Program-made: the position numbers and the translations under genes
NCBI GenBank assembly: GCA_904063045.1
Contig: CAJFCJ010000053.1
Span: 1-64,000 of the forward strand
DNA length: 64,000 nucleotides
Direction of reading: 5' to 3'
Origin: Dimorphilus gyrociliatus
Taxonomy: Eukaryota > Animalia > Annelida
In this document: piece by piece, positions 26,441 through 39,073 of the stretch
Numbering within the stretch: position 1 is the stretch's first letter
How the letters are laid out: the number at the start of each line of letters is the position of its first letter
The notes under the pieces: model-generated
What the model was told of the DNA's origin: nothing
What the model saw: only the letters and a program-made list of their open reading frames with translations
The model's database searches: none

Positions 26441-27205
26441 CTATTTAATTGATTTGGGTTTGAAAATAAACAAACATTTTTTACCTGGATCCAATGAAGG
26501 TTCAATTGTTACACCAATTTTTGAAAATGTAGTATCCCCTACTGATTGACGACGATCTGTAAGTTCATCAAAGGTTGCTTTGAAAATGTGACATATCTGA
26601 TTTGAAGTTACAATACTAATTGTACTGTAAAAAAGAAATGATAAAATTATAAGACATTTATTATATTTTATAACTAACTTGCAATCACTGAGCATGCTAC
26701 AAAGTTTTTTGCAGTCAGCTTCACCTGTATTAAAAACTGTATGATAAGTAAATCCGCCAAGCTGATCAGGATAACTTGTATAGGTAACTTTAAAGAAGGG
26801 GAAGGAGACAGACAAAAACAAAGAAATGTTATTAATATATTTATGTACTTTGCTTTTATTGCATTTAGTTATTTACTTGTGTCTCCAAATGTGGAGTATC
26901 TGAAAAGAAAATTATTTATACTTTTATTTTACAAAAAAATCTAACACTTTTTAATTACCACAAACATCTGGTTTTTCATAATAATCATAACCAATGACTT
27001 GAGGTAACTGACTTCCTCCTAATCCTGCATGGTCGGTTGAAAGATAACATTTGTTGTTATCCTGTTTATCAACATAGAAACTCCTAAAGTGGAAAAAATG
27101 TGTAGATTTTACTCTCCCTCTCTCTCTTTCTATAAACATACTTGCAAAGTTCAAGATAATAGCATAACTTTTTACAATAGTCTACTCCTCTATCATCTAT
27201 ATTAT
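26441..27205 (-). CDS. Multi-exon PAN/apple-domain protein (partial, boundaries approximate)
   Basis: DYCKKLCYYLELCK, NNKCYLSTDH, ADCKKLCSMLSDCK and CHIFK exonic blocks with short introns. Confidence 0.55.
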
Positions 27206-30200
27206 AAATAACAACATATGTGCTTGTTGCTAACTGTTTATCTTCTTGATGAAAGAAATCGCAAACTGTATATTAATAAAGATAAGGAGAAATATGAATA
27301 AATATAAAAATCATAATTTTTCTTGCGCAATCATTATTTCTTATTGTCAAAAGAAATATTGTTATTAATTGAAAAATTAAAATATTCATTATTTTTTTGG
27401 AAAATCTAAAGCGTATTTGAGATGTATAAGAAAACATTATGTGGTTATATAGGAAATATTTCTATGAATTATTAATATAAAAGTTCAAAATTTTGTTTAG
27501 AAAGATTAATAATCAATCTTTCGATTGAATATGTCTTCATTCAATTTATGAAAAATTCAAAGGGCTTCCACAGTTCATTTTTTGTTCCTTATTTCTAAAA
27601 TGTCAGAAATATAAAAAACATTCTTTCAACAGGAATACATATGGAATATTAATCAATGAGTGTTTCTTTTCTTTGTTCTCTTGTATTGATTTAAACACAG
27701 CAAGTAGAATATATGGTATTTTTGGGTTGAGATAAAAAGCATTCACTTAAGATCAGAAAAAACTCTCAAACATACAGCATTCTTAATTATTAATATTTAA
27801 TAATAATGAATTGCTTCAGTTAACAAGTTAAACATCAGAATATAGAGAGAAACCATAAGGAAATGGCAGGAAAAATTGGACACAGTAAATTTTGCAAGAC
27901 CAACTTTCAATAAACAATCAAAATTGGTTGTCCCCTTTAAAGTAGTTTGTTTAAAGTTTTATAGAAAATAGTCATCAATTAATTACAGAATATAATTGAG
28001 ATATCATAGTACATGTCTACAACATTGGTTATATTTAACATGCTTGAACTCTATTATTTTATGCAACTTATACATGTACATCTTAAAAATCTATGCAAGA
28101 AAATGCTATAACATTGGCCAAAGAGAGTTTCATTAGTCAGCTTTAAGGCTCATCTTTAATTACCAATAAAGGTTTGGTCAAGTTATAATTTAATTAACTT
28201 GCCTAGGTGTGGCCTAACCCTAACCCAAGTCCTAACCTAACTCTGCTATTGAACTCTCATATTGTTACTTGCTTAAGTATTATTATTTTGAATAAACCGT
28301 TTTAATTTAAACATTTGTTTAAAGGTTCGAGTAGAACCAGTATTGTTATAACTTTCAAGCGCATAGATTTTGCCAAGCAAGAGCAGTACAATAGTTATAA
28401 AATAGAAGGATATTGGGAAATTAAGGGTGATGGCAAGAGTTTTGGGAATGCATGGAAAAAGAGTTTGGGCACATACAAAGATAAAAAAATTATACTTGAT
28501 TTATCAGTGTCGATTCATTACAACTAACACAACTCAAAAATCCTAACCAAAACACAAGAAGGAAATAAAGATTTTAATACTTGATATATTCCTATCTATA
28601 GACTTAAAGTTTTGCATGCAAGTTCAGTATTTATTCATTAATAAATACAAAGGATAATATCTACTGTTGCCTTATTACCTGACCAGAATGATTTATGAAA
28701 ATCATTATACAATTTCAAGAGCCATAAATTTTTATTTTGGAAATATGATACAAAACATGCTCAACACATTGGAGAAAAATCAACATATCTTATATCTGTC
28801 ATCAATAACTTATTACTTGCCTTTCAATTGTTAACAATCAATGGAAGGAAAAGTAAAATATTTACTCAATTGAAAAACTAATTCTAGTCAAATTCTACCA
28901 TTTTTTACTATACAAAAGATTTTTACCAAAGCTTAGATTTACTTGGTCAAAGGATTTGTACTTTGCTGTATTATAATTGTAGGAATTTCTGCTTCTTCAG
29001 AGCAGTACTCGTCCTTTCCAATCATTTATCAATGCACCAAAGTACTCAAACAAAATAGAACTTTTCAAGTTCATCCACAAATAGTCTTAATAAATGTAAT
29101 TTCGGTAGAAATAATTCAACAAAATACCAGTATTTCATTTAAAGAATATCTATTGAGTAAATGAGTTTCTAGTTCTAAACAAATAAGTTTAAACAATCAG
29201 TTAACAGTTAAGAACTGAACTGCCAAATTGGAGAAATGTATTTTCTTTTATACATTTCCCAAAGCTTGGGTTCAATTTATCAAAAGATTGCATATGTCAC
29301 AAAAACATAATCCCTAAACAAAGGCTATATAGTCAGCACATGTTGCCACATAACACATCTGTCCCATTAACATCTGATAATAGTTAAGAAAAAACAACTT
29401 TGACACATTTCTTTTTAAAGTGCTAAAGTTAACTCTACAAAATAAAAGTCTTTCAAAAGTTCCACCATTATAATTCATACAAAATAGTAGTTATTTCTAT
29501 AGTTGCACCATTCTAATTCCTATAAAATAGAAGTCTTTCTAAGGTACCCTAATATCTAAAGTCTAAGCATTCATATATCATTATATCTTAGTGCACAGGA
29601 TTACAAAGTTGAAATGTAACAGTCTCATAATGCACATATAACAAAAACAAAAAAAACTATTACATCACTTATGGCTAACATGTGGCAGTGCAAAAACAAG
29701 CCTGCCTGTTCCTCATCTGTTTTTGAATAAGATGTAACAAGTTTAATATGCATTTTATCTATATTGTTTGTTAATTCCATAATGGCACCATCTGTTATGG
29801 TCAAAGAATCTATTTCCTGCAAAATAAAGGTGTTTCTAAAGTTCTAGAATCTAATTCTACTAATTAAAAGTCTTTCTAAAGCTCCACAATTATAATTTGT
29901 ATGACATAAAAGTGATTCTATAATTCCCCCATTATAATTGCTACAAAATAAAAGCCTTTCTAAAATTCTATAATATCTAAAGTCTAAATATCACAGAGTG
30001 TACGACTTTTAATCAATAATAGACCCAGAAAGCATCCAGAAAGCAAAAACACACCCTTGGTAATATGATACAAATATCATAACTCATACTGTGAAAGTCT
30101 ACAGAAAGTGAAAAATTAAATATGAATGATTTTGGAACTATAATAAAGAAAGGAGTTAAAAATTTAAATATTAATCCTCGTTTTTCAAAAAAATTTTTGT

Positions 30201-33181
30201 ATAATCAAAGAAGTTATTTTCAATTGTTCATGACTAGTAACAAATACATTTTAAATATTCAAATTCTCACCTATTCCTTCCTGCTCATTATTAACACACC
30301 AAAGTACTGGTCCTAATAGAACCTAAAGTTTGTCCACAAGTATTAGCAAGTAAATGATATTTGTCCAAAGATTTGTATTTTACCAAATAAGATAGGTATT
30401 GACTATTCTGAGCCTTTATCTCTAAAATAAACATTTCATCGCAAATTAAATACAACATGTAAAAATTGACAAGATTGTCTGTCTAGAGAGATTTTCTCTT
30501 ACCAGTTTATATTTTCTTTCAAATAGATTTACAATCTAGATTGAAAGTTTGAAATATGATAAGCTATTTTGAAAGTAAAGGTTATTTGATATGTTACACA
30601 ACAATAAATGGTGTCTGGTATCTAATCTAGATTTTGGAATGCATCATGCTAATGTTTGTTCCTAACATTCAACTGATTTTATTCTTTGTGTTTTCTAATT
30701 GATTTTCTCTCTTTTATAGTTATTTTGTAAGAAATTCGGATTTAAAAATGTTTTACTATAAACTATACCTAGATCCTAATTCTTGTATTATGTCTGTTTA
30801 AAGCTCCTTTGAGCAGTTTTCTCTATCCAACATTTTTGTTAGTATTCCCAGTTACTTTTATGAGTCACATGGTTGCTTTGCAACCAGACTAAATGAATGA
30901 TTGATTTTTAACATTAAATTTTTTTATTAGTCTCTGCAATAACATTTTGCATGGATTGTTCTACCTACTTAAGTTTGGACAGCTGTTTCAACTATATGTT
31001 TCCAAGTATGTCACATACTTCATTTGATGGAATTTTTATTAAAGTATTTTATTAATGATCCACTTATTTTTTCCAACAATCTATAAATTATAGGCTTACT
31101 TAAAAACCAATTCAGACTGACAGACCACTTGGTGTTACACTCTCACTAAAAGCTTATATGGTTAAGATTAGTGTTGCTATTAGAAGCAGTTACACTAAAG
31201 AAAGGTTTGAGTGTTTTATGGCAGGGTTAGGTTAACTAACCCTAAATACCATGGTCTATTTTCAATCCATGTATGGCTACATCTTTTATAATTTTTATAT
31301 ACAGGGTTAAATTCCCCATTAACAGCCAAATGACCTAAACTAGTTGGCCATAAACCAGATATATATTTGTAGGTTGTTTATATACCAAGTTTACATTTGT
31401 GAATCCAGTTGAATACAATCCAACTGAAAAGTAGAAAAAAATCCAAACTATTTTAAGTAAGAAGACTTCAAAATGGCTACTGAGCAATGGAGAAGAATAT
31501 AAAATAAAGGCAAAATGTTTTTGACCACTTTGTAAAATGTGTAACAAATATTCTTTCAAACATGAACAACTATTACATAGCATTATGTAAAACGTACAAT
31601 TTTCTTTGATGAGCATCTTTTGATTCTTTCCCAATTCCATTATGGCTCCATCTGTTATAGTCAAATTATTCTTATTTAATTGTAATTTGCTGCTTTTAAA
31701 TGAATCACTAAGCTCAAAATATCTGACAAACAGAGAAAGTTTTAATTTAAGAATTGAAGTATGGAACATAGAAAGATGAACAGAACCAGAATTCTGTAAT
31801 CCATCAGTGAAGATGATGCCGAATTTTCTGTATTACCACCTGTTTGATTATTTGTTAAATAAATACATAATTTCTAAGTAGAATTCAATTGTTATCTTAC
31901 AGAATTTTCACAGATACTCTTCATTTTCTTGTACAGTTTCATTAGAAGGTCTACAAGATTCTGGAATGTTATACGTGCAAAAGAACAAATCACATATTTT
32001 TTTGATATCAATACAGTTTTGCAGATAACTTTGGCATGCTGGAAAAAAAGAGATATAAACCCTAAATTATTGATTGGCGATATATTCAAGTATATTACTT
32101 AAGTAACAAATCGCCTTAGTAAATAATTCAATGTCTAGGAAATTCCAAATAAGACAACCGTTCATAATAAGATTTCCTCCACACTGCACATGTCCTGTCA
32201 TAATTATGCAGCATTGTGTTGGCATGAAACCATTTTCCATCATGTTATCAAAGTTATTGCTCATTTTTTCATTGCATTCCCTAACCAAACTTGTACAACT
32301 ATTCTGTAAATTTCCTGTACTGTTTTCCATTGTCTTAAACTCCATTAAATTTTCAATATTTATCAGTGATGACGATGACAATGATGATGGCAATGCAGCT
32401 GGGATGAACAGCAAAACAGAAACTATAAATAAAAATTTTTTTTTCGTTTTAGAAATATAAAAAGTTAATTAAGTATTTGTACTTTGTTGTATTGTAATTG
32501 TAGGAATTTGTGGTTTGTCACAACTGTAATTGTCCTTTCCAATTATTTACCAACTTGCCAAAGTACTCACACAAATAGAACCTTTAAAGTTTGTCCACAA
32601 ATAGTCTAACAAAGGCAATTTTGGTAGAAAAGGTAGAATATAAAAACAGTCAAATATACAATCTACATGTTTTCTTGATTGTTGGACTTGTCCTACTAAA
32701 ATTATTACATCTTATGCAACTCTCCAACCTTCGAAATTCAACTATTATTTAGAAGAGGAAAACAATAAAAACATGACCATATTTAGAACTTTTCTTTGTC
32801 TTCAAATGTTACTTTTGTTTTTGTGAACATTGAAATTTGTGAACTATCAACCCTTAAAAGAGTATATAAACCCTACGAAATTAACAGTTGATAGTTCAGT
32901 TTTATAACCATCTTTTAAGATTTAAAAGAGATGACAAAAACCATCCTCCTATATTTGATGGAAATAAATTTGAAAAACTTGCAGTAGACAAAATGATAAA
33001 ATTCAAAGAATTTTGTGATGAAAAAATGTGGCTTGTTCAACAACACCAACCACATAACTTAAACAAACAACAACTTGGAGAAATAATATCAAGACAATTG
33101 AATAGCACTGATCATATTGTAAAGTTTTTCAATACAATCAAAGTTAATAGAATAAATCATCCAAATATTAATGAAATGATG

Positions 33182-35932
33182 GGGGTCGGGTGTGAACGTA
33201 CCTGGGTGCGAACGTACCCGGGTGCGAACGTACCCTGGGCGGGTGCGAACGTACCCTGGGCGGGTGCGAACGTACCCTGGGCGGGTGCGAACGTACCCAG
33301 GTACGTTCGCACCCTATTTTTATATTTATTTTATTTTTGAATTTTTGAATAAACATGTACATTGACACCCTTTTTTCCTTCTGTTCCTTCATTATATATT
33401 TGTTAATATATTGATTTGATAGAATGCAGATATTAAATAGAATACATATCCCATCAATATTAAATTACTACTTTAAAAGAAAATGTTGTTGAAAGTGAAA
33501 TAGCAGCCATTTTAATAGTGATAGTTTTATTAAATAAACTTTCACTTGGAATATTTATCCTTGCAAAAGTAAAGCTATATTTACTGAATAAATTTGGACA
33601 AAGTTCTTCTTGGAAGCTTCAACAGAAGTGAGTATTTATATCTAATCATTGAGATTGTTGATTCATGATATTTTGATGTAATATACTATCTTCAATTGTG
33701 AAAAAGCTGAATATTTTTCATAAATAAAATTTCAGCCATTTTGAATATTTGGAAAGGAAATTTATTGATAACTGGAAATATTTTTAGATAACCATCTACA
33801 TTTGATTGAAGATTAAAAAATGGCTTTCAAATGTCACAATTGTCATTCAACAATTTATGGAAGGCAAAAATATTTGAAATGCAGCCTTTGTAAGAATCTT
33901 ATTCATAGGAAATGCACAGGTATGTAACTCTTTAATCAGCTTTCATGTAATTATATTTTTTAACATATTCTTATAGAAACACATAACATACCAATTTGCA
34001 AACCTTGTAACAAAAGAAAATGTACTGTCATGCTCAAGAAGTTAACTAATCTGGAAATTCATCAATTCAAAGTAAATTCTGAAGAAAGCTTTATTGATGA
34101 AAGAAATAAGATTGCTGCAGTTGAGGAATCAATATTGGAGGATGAAAATCATGTTCTTTCAGAATGCCAATCAATGGACCTAGACTCTTTGGAGGAAGTT
34201 GAAGAGAATGCTGAAGAATATTGTGAATCATCCACAAAAAGTGATTTTGAGATTGTAAAAGGAGGAAGTAGAAAGGGACATGACATTTTACTGAATGATG
34301 GATATTCTTTTGTTGTTAAACATAAAACACCATCAAGTACTATTTGGGTGTGCAGTGTGAGAAGTAAGAAGAAAAGATGTGTGGCCAGAATAAGACAAAA
34401 TGGAAATTTATTTCTCAAAGGCAATTTGGAACATAATCACAACAGAAAAAAGAATTTAGAAGTGGATATTAAAGTGAAAACAGATTTGAAAATTGTTTGC
34501 AGAAGTGATAATCAAACATCTGGAAGAAGCATTGCTGAAAAAGTTCTTCTATCCTATGAACCCAATGCAACTTGTCTTCCTGATATCAACTATTTGAAGA
34601 GAATGGCAAACTCAAATAGACAAAAGTTTAGGCCAGTGGAACCTAAAGTGTACAACTTTAATTTAGATGAAACATTTTTGCCTGATGAATTTTTGCAGAA
34701 AGATATTTGTGAAAATGGAGAAAGAATTTTAATCTTTGCAACAAACCATCAGCTGAATTTATTATCAAAATCCAACTGTTGGTACATTGATGGTACTTTC
34801 AAGATTGTAAAAGAACCATTTTATCAACTTGTCACTATTCACTCATTTGTTAAGAAGAGTGGTGATATGAAGCAAGTTCCTCTTGTTTTTATTTTTCTGA
34901 CTTCAAAGCATACCAAAGCATACTTACAAGCATTTCAAGTAAATATTTCATATTATCTCTTCAAAAGTGATGATAAATAAAGTTGCTTTTTTGTAGCATA
35001 TCAACAATCTTATCAATGATTTTCATCCAAAAAGAATTACAATGGATTTTGAAAAAGGACTATGGAAAGCATTATCAAAAGTATATCCCCTCACTGAATT
35101 TCAAGGTTGTGTATTTCATTTCACACAAGCAGTATACAGGAAAATACAAGTCAGTTACATTCAAATATATATAACATTATCTATTAAATAACTTATATTA
35201 TTGAATAGGCTCTTGGCTATGTAAAGAAATACAAAGAAAAAGGAAATGATTGGAAAGATTTCAGAAAATTGATGGCTCTGCCATTCTTGCCAGCACATAT
35301 TATTCAACCAACATTTGACAGCATAAATGCAGAACTTTGTGAAAAAAATAGATTTTTGGACCTGCTGCAATACTTCCAAACAAACTGGATCAAAAATAAA
35401 TTATGGAAACCAAATAACTGGTCAGTTTTTGGTTTGTCTATTAGGACCAATAATGATTGTGAAGGATGGCATCAAAGAATGAATAGTAAGCTGCCTGCTA
35501 AAGGTTCTTTTTACATGCTGGTTGATGAGCTAAAAAAAGAGTCTGAGTTGATTGCAGTTTATGAGAAATTACTGTCAGAAAAAAGGATTTACAAACATCA
35601 AAAGAAAAAGTATATTGACATCCAAAAGAAAATTTTTGATTTATGGGATGATTTCAAGTTGAACAAATTGACATCAATTGATCTATTAATGCAGACATCC
35701 CATATCTACTCTCCAGCATAAATATCATTTGTCAAGCTTTATTGTTTTTTAGTATAATATTTAGTCTTTTAAATACATACTTTTAGATTTATAGCTAAAT
35801 CTTTTATTCAAAAATTCAAAAATAAAATAAATATAAAAATAGGGTGCGAACGTACCCAGGTACGTTCGCACCCGCCCAGGGTACGTTCGCACCCGGGTAC
35901 GTTCACACCCAGGTACGTTCGCACCCCAACTC
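33182..35932 (+). mobile_element. Mutator-like DNA transposon (MULE), apparently complete
   Basis: Long TIRs (~33182-33353 and ~35803-35932) built of GGGTGCGAACGTACC repeats; 9-bp TSD GAAATGATG at 33173-33181 and 35933-35941. Confidence 0.92.
34030..35721 (+). CDS. FLYWCH + MULE DDE transposase (3 exons, 524 aa)
   Basis: Exons 34030-34938, 34997-35149 and 35209-35721 splice in frame. Motifs LLNDGYSF..WVC..HNH, WYIDGTF, MDFE, GCVFHFTQA, RTNNDCEGWH. Confidence 0.88.
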
Positions 35933-37110
35933 GAAATGATGACATCTTTCACAGAGATTGGAGTGAATCTAAGAGAAGAGGAAGTTGAAAATCTTATGAA
36001 AATTCAACAGCCTGGAGTTGAATTAACAAACAATTATAATTTGCTTCTGCTCACAGATGGCAGTTTGGGTGATTTAGATTTGCTTCAAATAGAAGATGTT
36101 AAGAGAAATATCAATTTTGGTGGAAATATTTTAATTATAAACATTTCTGGTCTATCATTTAAAAATTGCAAAGAAATTTTATCAAAATGGAATATAAAAG
36201 CTACAGTTGTAGCCCTTCATATTCTTTTTGATATCATTAATGATGTTGATGAGAATTTTCCAGATATTTACACAAACAATGGAAATTTTAAAGAATGTCT
36301 CCTATTTATAAAATACAATGAAAAAAATTATATAAATAATCAAGTAGCACCACCAAAAAATTTACAAAAAATGTTCACAAATGTTTTTTATATCAATAGC
36401 ATTATAAGAGGAGATCCTTTTCATAGATGAATGCAGCAGGGAAAGATCTCTTCATTAAGAAATGTTGTTCAACAACTGATTTTTAATGAAATTTTAGTGA
36501 ACACAAAAGAAATAATGGTTCAGCAACAAAGAAGGACTGGAAGAAGGAGATTAAATAGACAAAGATATCAGTGAGAATTGCACAAATCATTCATATTATA
36601 TATTATTGCTTTCCATGTCTTTTTTATGCAAACATATTATATTATATTTCATTGAAAAAACATTCATATAATAACTATGTATTCATATTAGTGCAGGATA
36701 CAAATTTTACAAACAAAAAAATGACAAAGCAGCAATCTAATTATGTCACTTAAAAGTTAAATATATTATTGTGCAACATGTTTGTCATATTTGCAACCTA
36801 GATATTGAAATATCAGTCCATATGAAAGTGAGGGAAGCTCCAGTGTTTTCATTTAAGAATCATTTTTGTTTATCTATAATATTCTGAATTAAATATGTTC
36901 TAATTGATATACTTTGAAGCAATTCTTTCATTAACACTATAAGATCTATCAGACAATTTGGATTTTATATTCTACTCTCAAACATTATACATAACCAAAC
37001 ATTTAAAACAAAAAGAATTACAACAAAAATTCATGCAAGGAAGGATACAATTATAGAATTGGTCCTATCCTCCCCTTCAAGGTAGCAGTAAGTGAAGCTA
37101 TCCTCTGAAA

Positions 37111-37160
37111 TGACCCTGATGAGTCTTTGCAAAAGGGGAAGATGAAACCATGGTAGGTCA
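37111..37160 (+). ncRNA. Hammerhead ribozyme, minimal type I, family 1
   Basis: UGACC-CUGAUGA-GUCUU..AAGAU-GAAA-CC-AU-GG-UA-GGUCA. Confidence 0.85.
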
Positions 37161-37737
37161 ACCAAACTTGGTTCCATTTCACCTAATACTAAATATATAC
37201 TACATTAAGACATTAAATCATTAATCAACTTGAGATGTGAAGACTACTTGATTCATATTGTGCAATAACTTCTTACTCTTGCATCTCACAATAATGGGGG
37301 ATCTCCTGAAACTTTGTTGGAAGTTATTCGACTTTCATCAGAACTTAGATCTTAGTATCTAGTTCAACATTACAAAAACCTAATCAGAAGTAAGGAGAGT
37401 CAAGGGGTTTGACGAACAGTACAAGTTGATTTCTATGTCTGATCATCCAGCTTACAAAAAAATTAAACAAAAAATATTTCAAAATACAACAATACTCATA
37501 TGTTTATTCATACAAACAAGCATACAATTATTACAAAATTCAACTTCCACAGTTGATATTACAATAAAACACATCTATACATCATTAGACATACAGTTAC
37601 AAAAAATTATCTCTTCCATTCAATCTATGCACATTCATCAATCTTATGACAAAAATAAAATGCAAGGCAGGATACAATTGCAGAATTGGTCCTAACCTCC
37701 CCTTCAAGGTAGCAGTAAGTGAAGCTATCCTCTGAAA

Positions 37738-37787
37738 TGACCCTGATGAGTCTTTGCAAAAGGGGAAGACGAAACCATGGTAGGTCA
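37738..37787 (+). ncRNA. Hammerhead ribozyme, minimal type I, family 1
   Basis: UGACC-CUGAUGA-GUCUU..AAGAC-GAAA-CC-AU-GG-UA-GGUCA. Confidence 0.9.
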
Positions 37788-37984
37788 ACTATTCTTAGTA
37801 ACCATCAAAAAATTAGAACATAAACTGAACATTTTTTCATCAATCAGTTGTAGATAGTCTTACTTGTACAGAGTGTTCTTACTCTTGCATTCCATACCAT
37901 TGTGGAATCTCTTGAAACTTTGGTGGAAGTTATTCAACTTTCATCAGAACTTAGATCTTAGTATCTAGTTCAACATTACAAAAA

Positions 37985-38023
37985 CCTAACCCTAACCCTA
38001 ACCCTAACCCTAACCCTAACCCT
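37985..38023 (+). repeat. Interstitial telomeric repeat (TAACCC)6 at the end of the HHR family-1 tail
   Basis: Perfect repeats begin where sister copies read AAAAACCTAATCAGAAG. Confidence 0.92.
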
Positions 38024-38297
38024 GTCAACAAGAACTTCATTCATTGAATTATCCTACAAAAATGTAAGTTATTCAGTTAATATTTGTGTTATGTGTTTTT
38101 AAAAAATATTTGGCAGCAGTCTCTATATAGATTTACAAAATCTATAGATAATTAGTTGGATTTTAAGGCCATTTCCATGTTGGCAGCCATTTTGATTGGC
38201 ATGCAAGGCGAATATTTTAATTATTTCAGTGTTATTTAAATAACATTGACATGCTCTCAGTATATTCTTTAGATATTATTATGTAGATTAATATGCT

Positions 38298-38650
38298 TCA
38301 AACAGAATTAAAATCGGTCAATTATTCACTGACTTAGGTCAAAATAAACATTATAGGCATTTTCCTTCTTTATGTACCTATAATGAAAACAACGGCAAAA
38401 ATTCCAATTTACTGTAATTTTTATCCAATCCTTTTGATTTTTTAAAACGTTATAGATCTATTTATGCCAGTTCCAAATCATCAAACAGAATTAAAATCTG
38501 TCAATTATTGACTGAGTAAGGTCCACTTAAAGATTTCACGCATTTTCATTTTACGCAGTTAAAGAAAACAACGGCAAAAAATTCATTTTACTGTAATTTT
38601 TATCCAATCCTTTTGAATTTTTACAACATTATACATCTATTTATACAAGT
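38298..38650 (+). repeat. Two tandem ~180-bp units
   Basis: TCAAACAGAATTAAAATC...GAAAACAACGGCAAAAATT...TTATCCAATCCTTTTG occurs twice. Confidence 0.75.
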
Positions 38651-39073
38651 TCTGAAATTTCAAACATAATTAACATCTAGCAACTACTTCCTTAGCTATG
38701 TTAATATCCAAATTTTCTACACATACTGTTAACATGGCCAACATACATATATCTCAAAATTATTTAGGGTTAGCCAGCTATTTCTTATCAGATTTTCTTC
38801 TGCTTTATTTTTATTAATGTACAGCATTGTTAATACTGATTTCAATAATTTCTAACAGATTTAACAACATTGGTTTGGGAATTTGCCGAAGCAGAGACAA
38901 TTCACATTGAAAACTTCAAACTACCTATACACTCCCAATCAACAAACAATTTCCATCTGCCATCCAAATTGAAGATTACAATTACTACTCTTCTATGTAA
39001 GTACAATGCTTTGTGTGTCTTGTTGTGGCTGAATATTTTGTGTTTAGGTCACAAACAATAACTCCACATTATT

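Larger units (their letters stand above)
32888..36570 (+). pseudogene. SGNH/GDSL-like ORF of HHR family-1 element copy B, split by the MULE
   Basis: Removing the MULE and one TSD fuses ...NINEMM to TSFTEIG... in frame. An in-frame stop follows IIRGDPFHR. Motifs LLLLTDGSL, NISGL and VVALH..IND. Confidence 0.65.

Noticed and set aside
33182-33310. Regular GGGTGCGAACGTACCCT repeats as a CRISPR-like array
   Set aside because: No unique spacers; they are MULE subterminal repeats mirrored at 35840-35932.
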